The translations under genes and the position numbers were made by a program. Shown in pieces: positions 16,879 to 25,825 of a stretch of DNA of 64,000 nt (positions within the stretch are counted from its first letter, which is position 1; every line of letters starts with the position of its first letter). Under the pieces are notes generated by a model. The model did no database searches. It was not told the DNA's origin and worked only from the letters and a program-made list of their open reading frames with translations. The stretch comes from Burkholderiaceae bacterium (lineage in GTDB: Bacteria; Pseudomonadota; Gammaproteobacteria; Burkholderiales; Burkholderiaceae_C): contig OZ245724.1 of NCBI GenBank assembly GCA_965227035.1, forward strand, positions 3,072,605-3,136,604. Reading direction: 5' to 3'.

Positions 16879-18176
16879 AAGCCCATCACCCGGCGGTAGT
16901 GCTGATACATCAACCTGATTGCACGGTCGGTGATCACCGTGTCCGGCGTGTCGTCCTCGCCGCCGAGCGCAGCGATTCCGCTACGCGGCACCGCCCGGTT
17001 GAGACCATCCTGCACGAACTTCAACGCTTCGTGATCGTCGATCCCGAGGAATCCACCCGGTCCGAAGATGTTGTTCTGGCGAAGCCGATGTTGAGTCATC
17101 TCCTCGGTGTCGTCTTCGTAGCCGAACGCTGTCCATACCAGCATGAATTCGGTTGGGCTGGTCGGCACGATCTGTCGCAAGCTAAGGATGTTCATCTGCC
17201 GAAGAAGAATCAGATTCGGCCAGATGGTCATCGCACTGCTGGACCACTCGGAATCGAATTCCGGGAAGTAATCGAGCACGCGGTCGTCCGCGAGTTTCAT
17301 GCCCTGCCTGAACGATTTGATATCGACCTTGTGTTCGTCGAATTCGGGAGCGACCTTGGGCTTGGCATTCAGTAGCGCCGAATGCAGTCCCGAGGGATCG
17401 ACCACGATGTTGGTTTTATTGCCGGCGACGAACAATCCGAATGTCGTGAGATACGTGTGCAGCAAGGTTGCGTGGTAAGGGTCCTTCAGGTTCTCTTGAT
17501 AGAGCTTCCAGTTGCCTTCTAGCGTGTTGCGATGGATGCCCAAAAGTTTGAGCTTCTTGCCGCTGAATATCGTGTCGAATTGCGCGAGCATTTCTTCGCC
17601 GAGGTATTCGGCGAAAGGCGGCGCATGGTCGTCGAAGGTCGCGAAGATCGCACCGCCGCGAACAGTCACATTGAGCTTGCGAAGATGGTGATCTTCCATC
17701 TTGAAATCGGCAGGCATGCCACCCTTGCCCTGCACACCGCGCCGGAACGGTACTGCGGCGAGCGAGCCATCCAGCGCATAGCTCCATTGGTGATACGGGC
17801 ACACGAACAACTCGGTATTGCCACGATAAGTCTTGCAGAACTCCGCGCCACGGTGGGCACACCGGTTCTCGAAGACATGGATCTCGCCCTCCTTATCGCG
17901 CGCCACGATCACCGGCACCGAGCCGATATAGGAGCGGATGTAGTCGCCCGGGTTGGGTACTTCGACTTCGAGTCCGATGTAGCTCCACGCTGCGCCGCCG
18001 AAGATTTTCTGCTGCTCGAGTTCGTAGATGCGTTGGTCGGTGTAGATCCAATCAGGGATCTCCGCCGGATCGTCCGGCCATTTCAGATCGGTCACGTCGT
18101 CGGCCTGCGGGCTGACAGGCAAAGGCGTCAACATGTGAACCTTCTTGGCTCCGATATTTTTTACTGCGGTATCCAT
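16875..18176 (-). CDS. Rieske non-heme iron oxygenase alpha subunit, set 1
   Basis: 433 aa. Rieske motif CAHRGAEFCK-x11-CPYHQW and mononuclear-iron motif NLKDPYHATLLH. Confidence 0.9.
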   Translation of the reverse strand: MDTAVKNIGAKKVHMLTPLPVSPQADDVTDLKWPDDPAEIPDWIYTDQRIYELEQQKIFGGAAWSYIGLEVEVPNPGDYIRSYIGSVPVIVARDKEGEIHVFENRCAHRGAEFCKTYRGNTELFVCPYHQWSYALDGSLAAVPFRRGVQGKGGMPADFKMEDHHLRKLNVTVRGGAIFATFDDHAPPFAEYLGEEMLAQFDTIFSGKKLKLLGIHRNTLEGNWKLYQENLKDPYHATLLHTYLTTFGLFVAGNKTNIVVDPSGLHSALLNAKPKVAPEFDEHKVDIKSFRQGMKLADDRVLDYFPEFDSEWSSSAMTIWPNLILLRQMNILSLRQIVPTSPTEFMLVWTAFGYEDDTEEMTQHRLRQNNIFGPGGFLGIDDHEALKFVQDGLNRAVPRSGIAALGGEDDTPDTVITDRAIRLMYQHYRRVMGL

Positions 18177-18188
18177 CGCGTTCTCGCT

Positions 18189-18554
18189 TCAGGAGGCTGC
18201 GTCGAGAATGTGCTGCGGCGTGCTCGACACAACCTCTGCGTAGGTCGGAATAAATTTGCCGCCGACTATCAGTTTCATGTATTCGAGCTTCGGCCCCATG
18301 CCGAGCTGTTTGCCGATGGAAGCGTGCTCTGCAATATCGCTCCACTCACCCAACAGGTAGAAATGGTCGGGGTTGTTCGTATCGCGGCAGAGAACACCGT
18401 CTTTCACCTGAGCCGATGATTTGTGAAAAGGGTTGTTGTCCGAGTAGTCGAACTCCTCGAACAGCTTGATGAATTCTTCACCGGTACCGGGCAGCACATG
18501 AAAATCGAACACGTGCATGAAGTTGCCTTTGGTGGACAGCGGGACAAGGGCCAT
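18189..18554 (-). CDS. hypothetical protein, possibly ABM/dimeric alpha-beta-barrel monooxygenase-like
   Basis: I chose the start at MALVPLSTKG (ATG = complement of 18552-18554) because AGGAGA lies 6 nt upstream. The track start at 18596 is a TTG. Its size (121 aa) and the ..HFYLLGEWSD.. pattern resemble ABM domains; this assignment is weak. Confidence 0.5.
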   Translation of the reverse strand: MALVPLSTKGNFMHVFDFHVLPGTGEEFIKLFEEFDYSDNNPFHKSSAQVKDGVLCRDTNNPDHFYLLGEWSDIAEHASIGKQLGMGPKLEYMKLIVGGKFIPTYAEVVSSTPQHILDAAS

Positions 18555-18592
18555 GTTGTTCTCCTGAATAAAGTTTGTGTAAGTCGACTCGA

Positions 18593-19978
18593 TCAAGCCG
18601 GAATGCGTCTATCGAATGCCATCGCTTTTTCAATGGCTGCAGCCGCGATCAGAACCGAGCGGTCGTCGCCGTAAGCGCCGACGATCTGAAGCCCAACTGG
18701 CAATCCATCGGTGGTGAGTCCGATCGGCACTGTGATTGCAGGCTGTCGCGTCAGGTTGAACAGCGAGGTGAACGGCGCCCAGGCTCGTCGATTGGAGTAC
18801 TGCTCGAACTCTTCCGGAAAAGTCCTGCTCGCATCGAACGCGGGCCAGGCGACGGTCGGCGTGATCAGCACACGATAGTGCGCATATCGTTTCGCCAGGG
18901 TTTGAGCGAGCATCTGGCAGTGTTCGACCGAAGCAAGGTAGCGCTCCAGCGAAATAGGCTTGGCTGGGAGGCAGTCGATGACTGCCTGAGACAAAGCCCT
19001 TCGCCTTTCCTCGTCGATCGCTCGGAGCGCGTATTGATAGCCGGCACCCAGGAGAACGACATAGTGATCGATCGGATCTTCGATTCCAGGATCGAGCTCG
19101 TCGACATTGGCGCCGAGGTCCCTGAATCTGGTCGCTGCATTCCCGACTAGCCGCTCGATGTCGGAATGAATTTTTTTAGCGTAGCCGAGGGTCATGCTGA
19201 GTGCTATGCGCCAGCCATCGACACCTTCGTGGAGGCCGTCGAAATCGACGTCGGGTTTGTTTGCCGATGGATCCCGCAGATCGGGTTGCGACAGAATCGG
19301 CATCAAGACAGCCACGTCGTCGACACTTCTGCAAATTGGACCCACGGCCGAAATAAAGCCGGTGGGGCTTGCGGGGTACATAGGCACCATGCCTCCGCTT
19401 GGCTTGAAACCGACCACGCCGTTGAGCGCCGAAGGTGTGCGGATCGAGCCTCCGGCGTCCGAAGCCAATGCGAAAGCGCAGAAGCCACTTGCGACAGCAG
19501 CCGCAGCGCCGCCGCTAGAGCCGCCTGCGTGCCTGGAAGAATCCCAGGCATTGAATGTGGTTCCGGAAAGGGGAGAGATAGTGATCGGTCCCGCGCCGAA
19601 TTCCGGCATGGTGGTCAAGCCGATAAAGGCCGCGCCCTTCTCCAGACATCGTGCGACCACAGGCGCCGTCTCCTGCACCGGCTCTGCACTCGATAAAAGG
19701 GAACCTCGGCGGCACGGATAACCGCTCACCATCATGTTGTCTTTGGCGGCGAACAACTGCCCGTCTATCGACCCTCTCTGCTCTTTCGCCCGCCATCGGC
19801 GAGTGCTTTCTGCAGCACTTCGCAATGCAGCGTCCTCGTCCAGAAACGTGAATGCGTTGATCGCTTCATTCCGGCTGTGTATGCGCTCTAAGCGCTGCTC
19901 GGCAACAGCAGTCGGCGTCAGCTCACCGCTCGCAAATGCGCGGGCAGTTTCAGCGATTGAGAGCCTGAACGGGTTCAT
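18593..19978 (-). CDS. amidase (amidase-signature family)
   Basis: I use the internal start MNPFRLSIAETARAF (codon 252 of the 712-aa track ORF; ATG = complement of 19976-19978), giving 461 aa. AS-family core GGSSGGAAAAVASG..ASDAGGSIRTPSA. Confidence 0.9.
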   Translation of the reverse strand: MNPFRLSIAETARAFASGELTPTAVAEQRLERIHSRNEAINAFTFLDEDAALRSAAESTRRWRAKEQRGSIDGQLFAAKDNMMVSGYPCRRGSLLSSAEPVQETAPVVARCLEKGAAFIGLTTMPEFGAGPITISPLSGTTFNAWDSSRHAGGSSGGAAAAVASGFCAFALASDAGGSIRTPSALNGVVGFKPSGGMVPMYPASPTGFISAVGPICRSVDDVAVLMPILSQPDLRDPSANKPDVDFDGLHEGVDGWRIALSMTLGYAKKIHSDIERLVGNAATRFRDLGANVDELDPGIEDPIDHYVVLLGAGYQYALRAIDEERRRALSQAVIDCLPAKPISLERYLASVEHCQMLAQTLAKRYAHYRVLITPTVAWPAFDASRTFPEEFEQYSNRRAWAPFTSLFNLTRQPAITVPIGLTTDGLPVGLQIVGAYGDDRSVLIAAAAIEKAMAFDRRIPA

Positions 19979-20001
19979 TGATCTGCGACGCTTGTTCCAC
20001 T

Positions 20002-21141
20002 TCAGGAATGCGCGATTTCCATTCGCTGCAGGTAATCGCCGAGCACATGGTGAATCGCGACCTCCATACCCGCCATGGGACCCGCGCGATAGTTGCGCGA
20101 GCTCATCGCTTTTTGCAACGACTCCATCATGAGCCGGTCTTCTTCGAGCACCACGATCTGATAGTCGCGATACACATCGACCTTCGCCTGAAAGTCGTCT
20201 GCAGCAAAAAACTCTTTCGGAAAAAGGTGATAACAAACCACCTGACATTTGTCCGCGCCTTTCGGCCAGATCACCAGGTATCGAATCTGATCGATACGCG
20301 CGAACATGTGGGTGTTCGGCGGCAGACGGAAGGTGCCACCGAAAGAATCGGTGTGCTCTTCCGGCATCCACGGCATACGGCCGAAGAGGCTCTTGCCATC
20401 GGGCGTTGCAGGTGCCGACTGGTAGTAATAGCTGACACCGCCATCCGGGCGAAGATCGACCGCGCTCGCCTTCGCATCGAAATGAGCACCGAAGCTTTTT
20501 GCGTGCAACACGCGTACGTGATAGATATCGAGCAGGTTTTCGACAGCGAATTTCCAGTTGCAATCCAGATCGATCACCAGTTTCGCAGCGAGTTTGCAGT
20601 CTCCCTGTTTCAGATAGTCGAAGTCGCGGCTGTATTGCGCAATGAAATCCGAAAACGGTTGCGGGTTTTTCGAGAAATTGATGAACAGACTGCCACCCCA
20701 GTTCTCGAGCTTCAACTCGGGCAGCTTGCAATTGCTGCTGTCGAACACTTCGCTGTCATCGATCAAAGGAGCGCCGAGCAAAGTGCCATCGAGCTTGTAA
20801 GCCCAGCCGTGATACGGGCAACTGAATTGCCTGCGATTGCCCTGTCCGAAGGCGACTTCGACTCCGCGATGTGCGCAAACGTTGGCAAACGCATGCAGCA
20901 CGCCCTGCTGATCTCTGGTCAGGACCACAGGCTCATCGAGCAGGCGCAAGGTCATGTAGTCGCCGGAATTTTGAAGTTCCTCCTCACGCGCAACGAACAA
21001 CCATTCGCGCATGAAGATTTTTTCTTTCTCGATCTCGTGAATGCCGTGATCCGCGTATATCGAAGGCAGGGCGTGTTTGGCCTTCGACAAAGGCATGCGC
21101 ACCGTTGCCACCTGAGCCGATGTGTAGGGATTGCTTTGCAT
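20002..21141 (-). CDS. Rieske non-heme iron oxygenase, alpha-only type (no cognate beta subunit)
   Basis: 379 aa. CAHRGVEVAFGQGNRRQFSCPYHGW and ENLLDIYHVRVLH. No small-subunit gene is adjacent. Confidence 0.85.
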   Translation of the reverse strand: MQSNPYTSAQVATVRMPLSKAKHALPSIYADHGIHEIEKEKIFMREWLFVAREEELQNSGDYMTLRLLDEPVVLTRDQQGVLHAFANVCAHRGVEVAFGQGNRRQFSCPYHGWAYKLDGTLLGAPLIDDSEVFDSSNCKLPELKLENWGGSLFINFSKNPQPFSDFIAQYSRDFDYLKQGDCKLAAKLVIDLDCNWKFAVENLLDIYHVRVLHAKSFGAHFDAKASAVDLRPDGGVSYYYQSAPATPDGKSLFGRMPWMPEEHTDSFGGTFRLPPNTHMFARIDQIRYLVIWPKGADKCQVVCYHLFPKEFFAADDFQAKVDVYRDYQIVVLEEDRLMMESLQKAMSSRNYRAGPMAGMEVAIHHVLGDYLQRMEIAHS

Positions 21142-21157
21142 CGTATGTCTCTCCTTG

Positions 21158-22153
21158 CTACGCGCTGAGCGTCGTCAAACCGTCCGCGACGATCTGTTGC
21201 CCGTCGACCCAAACAGACTGCGCCGATATCACAGCGTCCGGATGATTTTCTCCACCGCCAGGCACCCACCACGGCAGGCCAAGACCCACCGCATCGCTGC
21301 CCAGGGCTCGCATGTCTTCTACAAAGCAGTCACCGGTAAGGCGCGCTGCCGGATGAACGCCGTGCGTGAAATGAATCACGTATCCGAACAGCCCGCCGCC
21401 AGCCCTAAGCAATGCTTTCTCGAGCAGCGCCCTGTCTGGACCATGACCGGCGACCGACCTGATCCGACCATCGATCTCGAGCGTGAGCAGATGCCTGAGC
21501 GGCGTGTAGAACTCGTGAAAAACAGTCTCGATCACGATCTGGCCGCGCACGCTTTCGATATCGGGGTTCATGCCACACGCGCCGGGGAGCGTGTACAGGC
21601 CAGGCGAATCGGCACTGGTCTTATGGAGACCTTTCGAGGGCGCCAGCGTGTAGGTCACGTCGGTTCCAAGTGCAGTGGTGATGCGCGTAGTCGCGCCCGC
21701 CTTCCTGGCGATGAAGTTCTCGAACCTCGCCATGTCTTCGTACACCGAAGCGAGCGCTCCGCCGCCGAACAATCTTTGCAGGCCACCGGCATTCAGATCG
21801 CTCGACAGCATGTAGCGCACGCGCTTTTTCTCCATCACGCTCGCGTGAAGCTCGGAGCCTGCAATGTAGGGAAACGTGAGGTCGATCCAGACATCGCATT
21901 TTTCGACGGCACCGAGAACCGAAGCGGGAATGAAGGGGTCGGCCAACTTGCCCTGGTAAGGCAACTGCGGAATCGTGATAACTACCGGAAGCACATCCAG
22001 CGCCATTGCAGCCGCACACAGGGCTTGCACCACAGCCTGATCGCCATTCGTATCGGTCGTGATGATCAGGGACTCGCCCGACTTGACGCACATGAACTTC
22101 AGGAATGCATTCGCAGCCGGAAACAATTCGGGGCGCAGCTTCCCGGTGGCCAT
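21158..22153 (-). CDS. M29 aminopeptidase-fold protein, NicX (2,5-dihydroxypyridine 5,6-dioxygenase)-like
   Basis: 331 aa. The C-terminal blocks LTLEIDGRIRSVAGHG, YVIHFTHGVHP and GGGENHPDAVISAQSVWVDGQQIVADG resemble my recollection of P. putida NicX (..ITLEIEKGFITGIHGG.., ..ISHIGWG.., ..HLDIPLRNCDIYLDDKAVVLAGD). Assigned from memory and needs HMM confirmation. Confidence 0.5.
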   Translation of the reverse strand: MATGKLRPELFPAANAFLKFMCVKSGESLIITTDTNGDQAVVQALCAAAMALDVLPVVITIPQLPYQGKLADPFIPASVLGAVEKCDVWIDLTFPYIAGSELHASVMEKKRVRYMLSSDLNAGGLQRLFGGGALASVYEDMARFENFIARKAGATTRITTALGTDVTYTLAPSKGLHKTSADSPGLYTLPGACGMNPDIESVRGQIVIETVFHEFYTPLRHLLTLEIDGRIRSVAGHGPDRALLEKALLRAGGGLFGYVIHFTHGVHPAARLTGDCFVEDMRALGSDAVGLGLPWWVPGGGENHPDAVISAQSVWVDGQQIVADGLTTLSA

Positions 22154-22156
22154 GAT

Positions 22157-22987
22157 TTACTTTCTGGCCTTGTGCGTCTTGCGGTGCGACACATGCCACG
22201 GCAAGCATTTGCGCTCGGCAAAATCGATTGCGTTGAACAGGACCACGCCCAAGATGGACAGGAAGGTGATGGCCGCAAACACCAGCGGTGTCTGATAGGT
22301 ACCCTGCGCCTGCAATACGACAAATCCAAGGCCCTTGTTCGCTCCCACGAACTCACCGACGATGGTGCCGATGAGCGCGAGCGTGATGCCTACTTTCATG
22401 CCGGCAAAAATTCCGGGCAACGCATTCGGAAAACGGATCTTCCAGAACATTTTCAGTTGCGACGAACGATAGGTTCGAACCAGATCGAGCTGCGCCGGAT
22501 CGACCGAGCGCAAGCCCATGACGGTGTCGACCACGATCGGAAATATAGCGATCAGAAACGCCATGAGCACTTTCGATTCGATGTCGGTGCCGATCCAGAT
22601 GATGAACAGCGGCGCGATCGCAATCTTGGGAATCGCGTTGAAGGCAACGAGCGAAGTAAACAGCGTTTTCTCGAGGAACTTCGAATACACGATCGCCACT
22701 GCCAAGGCAATGCCAACGACAACCGCGAGTACGAAACCCGCAAGCGTCGCACCGGCAGTGACTGCGCCATTTCGGATCAAATACATCGGATCAGAGGCGA
22801 TGGTTGCGATGATCATGCTCGGCGTCGGCAACAGGAACGGGCCGATCTTGAACACTCGACACGCACCCTCCCAAAGCAGCAGAAACACGATCATCGCGCC
22901 GGTCATGTAGACCGCGTTCGACATCGACTCGCTGAAATTGCTGGCGCCGTTCGATGCGACGGAAACGTTGGATGGTGTGCTGCTCAT
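22157..22987 (-). CDS. ABC transporter permease (NitT/TauT/SsuC family)
   Basis: 276 aa, 6 TMS, with an EAA-like loop. 4-nt overlap with the ATPase gene. Confidence 0.85.
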   Translation of the reverse strand: MSSTPSNVSVASNGASNFSESMSNAVYMTGAMIVFLLLWEGACRVFKIGPFLLPTPSMIIATIASDPMYLIRNGAVTAGATLAGFVLAVVVGIALAVAIVYSKFLEKTLFTSLVAFNAIPKIAIAPLFIIWIGTDIESKVLMAFLIAIFPIVVDTVMGLRSVDPAQLDLVRTYRSSQLKMFWKIRFPNALPGIFAGMKVGITLALIGTIVGEFVGANKGLGFVVLQAQGTYQTPLVFAAITFLSILGVVLFNAIDFAERKCLPWHVSHRKTHKARK

Positions 22988-23826
22988 ACCGTTGCGTGCC
23001 CCATCTTTTCGAAGATCGTTCGGATGTATTTGCTGTACTCGTTGAATTCTTTTGCGTCACGCGTGAACAGGGTGCGAGGACGCGGCAAATCGATGTCGAT
23101 GACTTCCACGATGCGGCCCGGGTTGCGCGCCATCACCGCCACTCGCGTCGAAAGCAATATCGCTTCGGGAATGCTGTGCGTGATGAACACGACGGTCTTG
23201 TGCGTCTCTGCCCAGAGGCGTTGCAACTCCAGATTGAGCTGATCCCGGGTGAACTCATCCAGCGCGCCGAAGGGCTCGTCCATCAGGAGCAGTGCGGGGT
23301 CGTCCAGAAGAGCGCGGCAGATGGCGGCGCGCTGACGCATGCCACCGGACAACTCCCACGGATGGCGATCGGCATAGCCGCCGAGGCCTACCATCTCGAG
23401 AAGCTGCATCGCTTTGGGCCGTAGCGCCTCGACCTTTTTCTTGTCGCCGAACTCGGCCGGCAACAACACGTTGTCGAGCACGGTACGCCAGTCGAGAAGC
23501 ACATCGCGCTGAAACACGACACCCAGTTTTTCAGGCGGGCCGTTCACCGGTTTACCGCTGATTTCCAGGGTGCCCGAAGAGATGTCTTCGAGACCGGCCA
23601 GACATCGCAGCACCGTGCTCTTGCCGCAACCGCTAGGACCAAGCAGGCTCAGGAACTCGCCCTGCCGCACATCGAGGTTCACATCTTTCAACGCGGTGAG
23701 GTCACCATTCATCGAGTGGTAGACCTTGCCCACGTTTTGCAAGCGAAGGTGAAGCGGCGTCATTTCGGGCGACTCTGCTTCGACCATTTCTTCGCGCGAC
23801 TGCATGCTGACCACGGAACCCATCAT
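22984..23826 (-). CDS. ABC transporter ATP-binding protein (NitT/TauT/SsuB family)
   Basis: I place the start at MMGSVVSMQ.. (ATG = complement of 23824-23826), which shares 1 nt with the upstream TAA. Walker A GPSGCGKST, signature LSGGMRQR, Walker B LLLMDEPFGALD. Confidence 0.8.
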   Translation of the reverse strand: MMGSVVSMQSREEMVEAESPEMTPLHLRLQNVGKVYHSMNGDLTALKDVNLDVRQGEFLSLLGPSGCGKSTVLRCLAGLEDISSGTLEISGKPVNGPPEKLGVVFQRDVLLDWRTVLDNVLLPAEFGDKKKVEALRPKAMQLLEMVGLGGYADRHPWELSGGMRQRAAICRALLDDPALLLMDEPFGALDEFTRDQLNLELQRLWAETHKTVVFITHSIPEAILLSTRVAVMARNPGRIVEVIDIDLPRPRTLFTRDAKEFNEYSKYIRTIFEKMGHATV

Positions 23827-24830
23827 TACTTCGGCACGAACTGGTTCGTGTAGATCGATTCGGGGACGGTGCCGTCCTTGATCAACTTGAGTTCTTCCAT
23901 GACAGCAACGGCAGCCTTCCAGTCGGAAGGCGGCATCCACAACAGGGGCTGGCCTTTGGATGCCTCGGTGTTGAGGAACGGATAGACCGCTTCGATCTGC
24001 GCCTTCATGACCTTGGGGTCAAGCTTCGCGTTAGGACGATTCTTGATAAGCGCCGCGACACCTTCGTCGATCATGCCGCCGGTGTAGATAGCGATCCATG
24101 CACGCTGAAATGCGCTCACGAATGCTGCAATCTCTTTGGGCCGCTTGGCAATGGCGTCTTCGCTGGCAACCAGGCCGAAGCTGGGCACCTGAATACCGGA
24201 TTCCGAAAACAGAATGCCCTTGGATGCGCGCGGCGTGATGCCCTTGAGCGTGTACAGCGGAACCGGCGACAACATGCCGTCGCCCTTGCCAGCCATGTAG
24301 GTCGAAATTTTCGCGGACAGATCCACGTTCATCATGTTGACCTTTGAACGGTCGACTCCAGCGCGCTTCAGATAGATGTCGATGAATGGAGTCTCGACAG
24401 AATTCGTCGAATAGATGATTGTTTTGCCTTCAAGATCCTTCGGCGAGTTGATCTTGCTGTTTTCATCGACCACCAGACCCACGTCGCCCTTTCGAACGAC
24501 GGCTGCAATAGCCTTGATCGGCATGCCGCCTTTCTCGCGGGCAATCGGTAGAGCCGCCAGGCTGATGTGCGCAATGTCGTACTTGCCTTGCGAGACCAGT
24601 GCAAGCGCGGGGCCACTTCCGTTGCCGTCATCGATCTCGACTGCAATTCCCTTCTCTGCGAACCAGCCCTTCTCGAACGCCAGATAGAACGGCGCATGCA
24701 GACCGTAAGGCAGGAAGTCGAGCCGAACCTTGACTGTCTCGACCGCGTGAGCAGTGGTGCTTGCAATCAACAGGGCCGCAGTCATCAAAGACGACACGCC
24801 GATTAGAGACTTGAGTTTTTTGAGCAACAT
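23826..24830 (-). CDS. ABC transporter substrate-binding protein (NMT1/THI5-SsuA/TauA-like)
   Basis: 334 aa with a signal peptide ending ..STTAHA. The VRLDFLPYGLHAPFYLAFEKGWF pattern is typical of NMT1-like binding proteins. Confidence 0.8.
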   Translation of the reverse strand: MLLKKLKSLIGVSSLMTAALLIASTTAHAVETVKVRLDFLPYGLHAPFYLAFEKGWFAEKGIAVEIDDGNGSGPALALVSQGKYDIAHISLAALPIAREKGGMPIKAIAAVVRKGDVGLVVDENSKINSPKDLEGKTIIYSTNSVETPFIDIYLKRAGVDRSKVNMMNVDLSAKISTYMAGKGDGMLSPVPLYTLKGITPRASKGILFSESGIQVPSFGLVASEDAIAKRPKEIAAFVSAFQRAWIAIYTGGMIDEGVAALIKNRPNAKLDPKVMKAQIEAVYPFLNTEASKGQPLLWMPPSDWKAAVAVMEELKLIKDGTVPESIYTNQFVPK

Positions 24831-24870
24831 GATTGGCCCTCGTGAAGAATTTGTTGATGAACTTCGAAAT

Positions 24871-24900
24871 AAGAACTTTGAGGAACTTTGAGGAACTTTG
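24871..24900. repeat. 10-bp x3 tandem repeat in the FAH-to-binding-protein intercistronic spacer
   Basis: aagaactttg aggaactttg aggaactttg, with a further ggaact at 24911-24916. On the mRNA (minus) strand this is CAAAGUUCCU x3. Confidence 0.8.
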
Positions 24901-24914
24901 AAAACGGCAAGGAA

Positions 24915-25805
24915 CTACGCGGTCTTCTGCCTGACGCTGCCCAACGTGACCGTCTGACGACCCAGCCCCTTGAGTTCAGTCGTCACTTCGTCGCCGGCTT
25001 TGAGCCAGACTTTTTTGTCTTTCGGGTAACCCAGGATCACGCCTTCGGGCGTGCCCATGAAAATCACATCGCCGGGCTTTAGCGTCATGTACTGCGAGAT
25101 GTAGCTCACAGTGAAGGCACATTTGAAAATCATGTCCTTCGTGTTGGAGTTCTGACGTTGCTCGCCATTCACCCAGCATCCGATATCCAGTCCATCCGGA
25201 TCCGGCACTTCGTCTGCGGTCACGACGTAGGGGCCTATAGGTGCGAATCCGTCGGAAGTTTTGCCCAGCATGAACTGCGCGGTACGGATCTGGAGTTCGC
25301 GCGCGCAGATGTCGTTGCCGGTTGCGTAACCGAACACGTAGTCGAGCGCTTCCTTTTCATTCACCTGATAGGCCTCTTTCCCGATGACGATGACCAGCTC
25401 CGCTTCGTAGTCGAACTCGGAGGCGACGTTGTCGGGTAGTGCAATAACCGCGCCATGTCCGGACAGCGCGTTGTTGTATTTGTTGAAAAGGATCGGGAAC
25501 TTCGGCAGCGGCGTATTCGTTTCTTCGGCGTGACGGCGGTAGTTGAAGCCCAGGCAAAGAATCTTCTCGGGCTTGGTGATGGCAGGCAGCCATTTCACCG
25601 TTGAAGCAAGCAGCACATATTGCTCATCGACAACACCGTCGAGCGCCTTGGTCACCGCAGTCAGATCGGGGCCGCCGATCAACTCGTCGGTACAGGTTAC
25701 TGAGACGCCCTTGCCGGTCATGAGGCCGGTAACGTCGATCAACTTGCCATCGACATCTGCGCCAAGGCGCATGGCGCCGCCGTTCGAAAAATTGAAGAAC
25801 TTCAT
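24915..25805 (-). CDS. fumarylacetoacetate hydrolase (FAH) family protein
   Basis: I place the start at MKFFNFSNGG (ATG = complement of 25803-25805), 20 nt after the Bug gene stop. The track start at 25865 is a GTG inside the Bug gene. C-terminal ..GDVIFMGTPEGVILG.. FAH motif. Confidence 0.85.
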   Translation of the reverse strand: MKFFNFSNGGAMRLGADVDGKLIDVTGLMTGKGVSVTCTDELIGGPDLTAVTKALDGVVDEQYVLLASTVKWLPAITKPEKILCLGFNYRRHAEETNTPLPKFPILFNKYNNALSGHGAVIALPDNVASEFDYEAELVIVIGKEAYQVNEKEALDYVFGYATGNDICARELQIRTAQFMLGKTSDGFAPIGPYVVTADEVPDPDGLDIGCWVNGEQRQNSNTKDMIFKCAFTVSYISQYMTLKPGDVIFMGTPEGVILGYPKDKKVWLKAGDEVTTELKGLGRQTVTLGSVRQKTA

Positions 25806-25825
25806 GTCTTTTGATTCATTGGTAA

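Noticed and set aside
18593-20731. 712-aa version of the amidase ORF. The same applies to the 432-aa LivG ORF (3907-5205), the 606-aa amidohydrolase ORF (28742-30562), the 517-aa OMF ORF, the 282-aa CMD ORF and the 453-aa monooxygenase ORF.
   Set aside because: The N-terminal extensions are Arg-rich nonsense that overlaps the upstream gene. Internal ATGs give canonical family N-termini and ATGA-type coupling, so I used the shorter coordinates.
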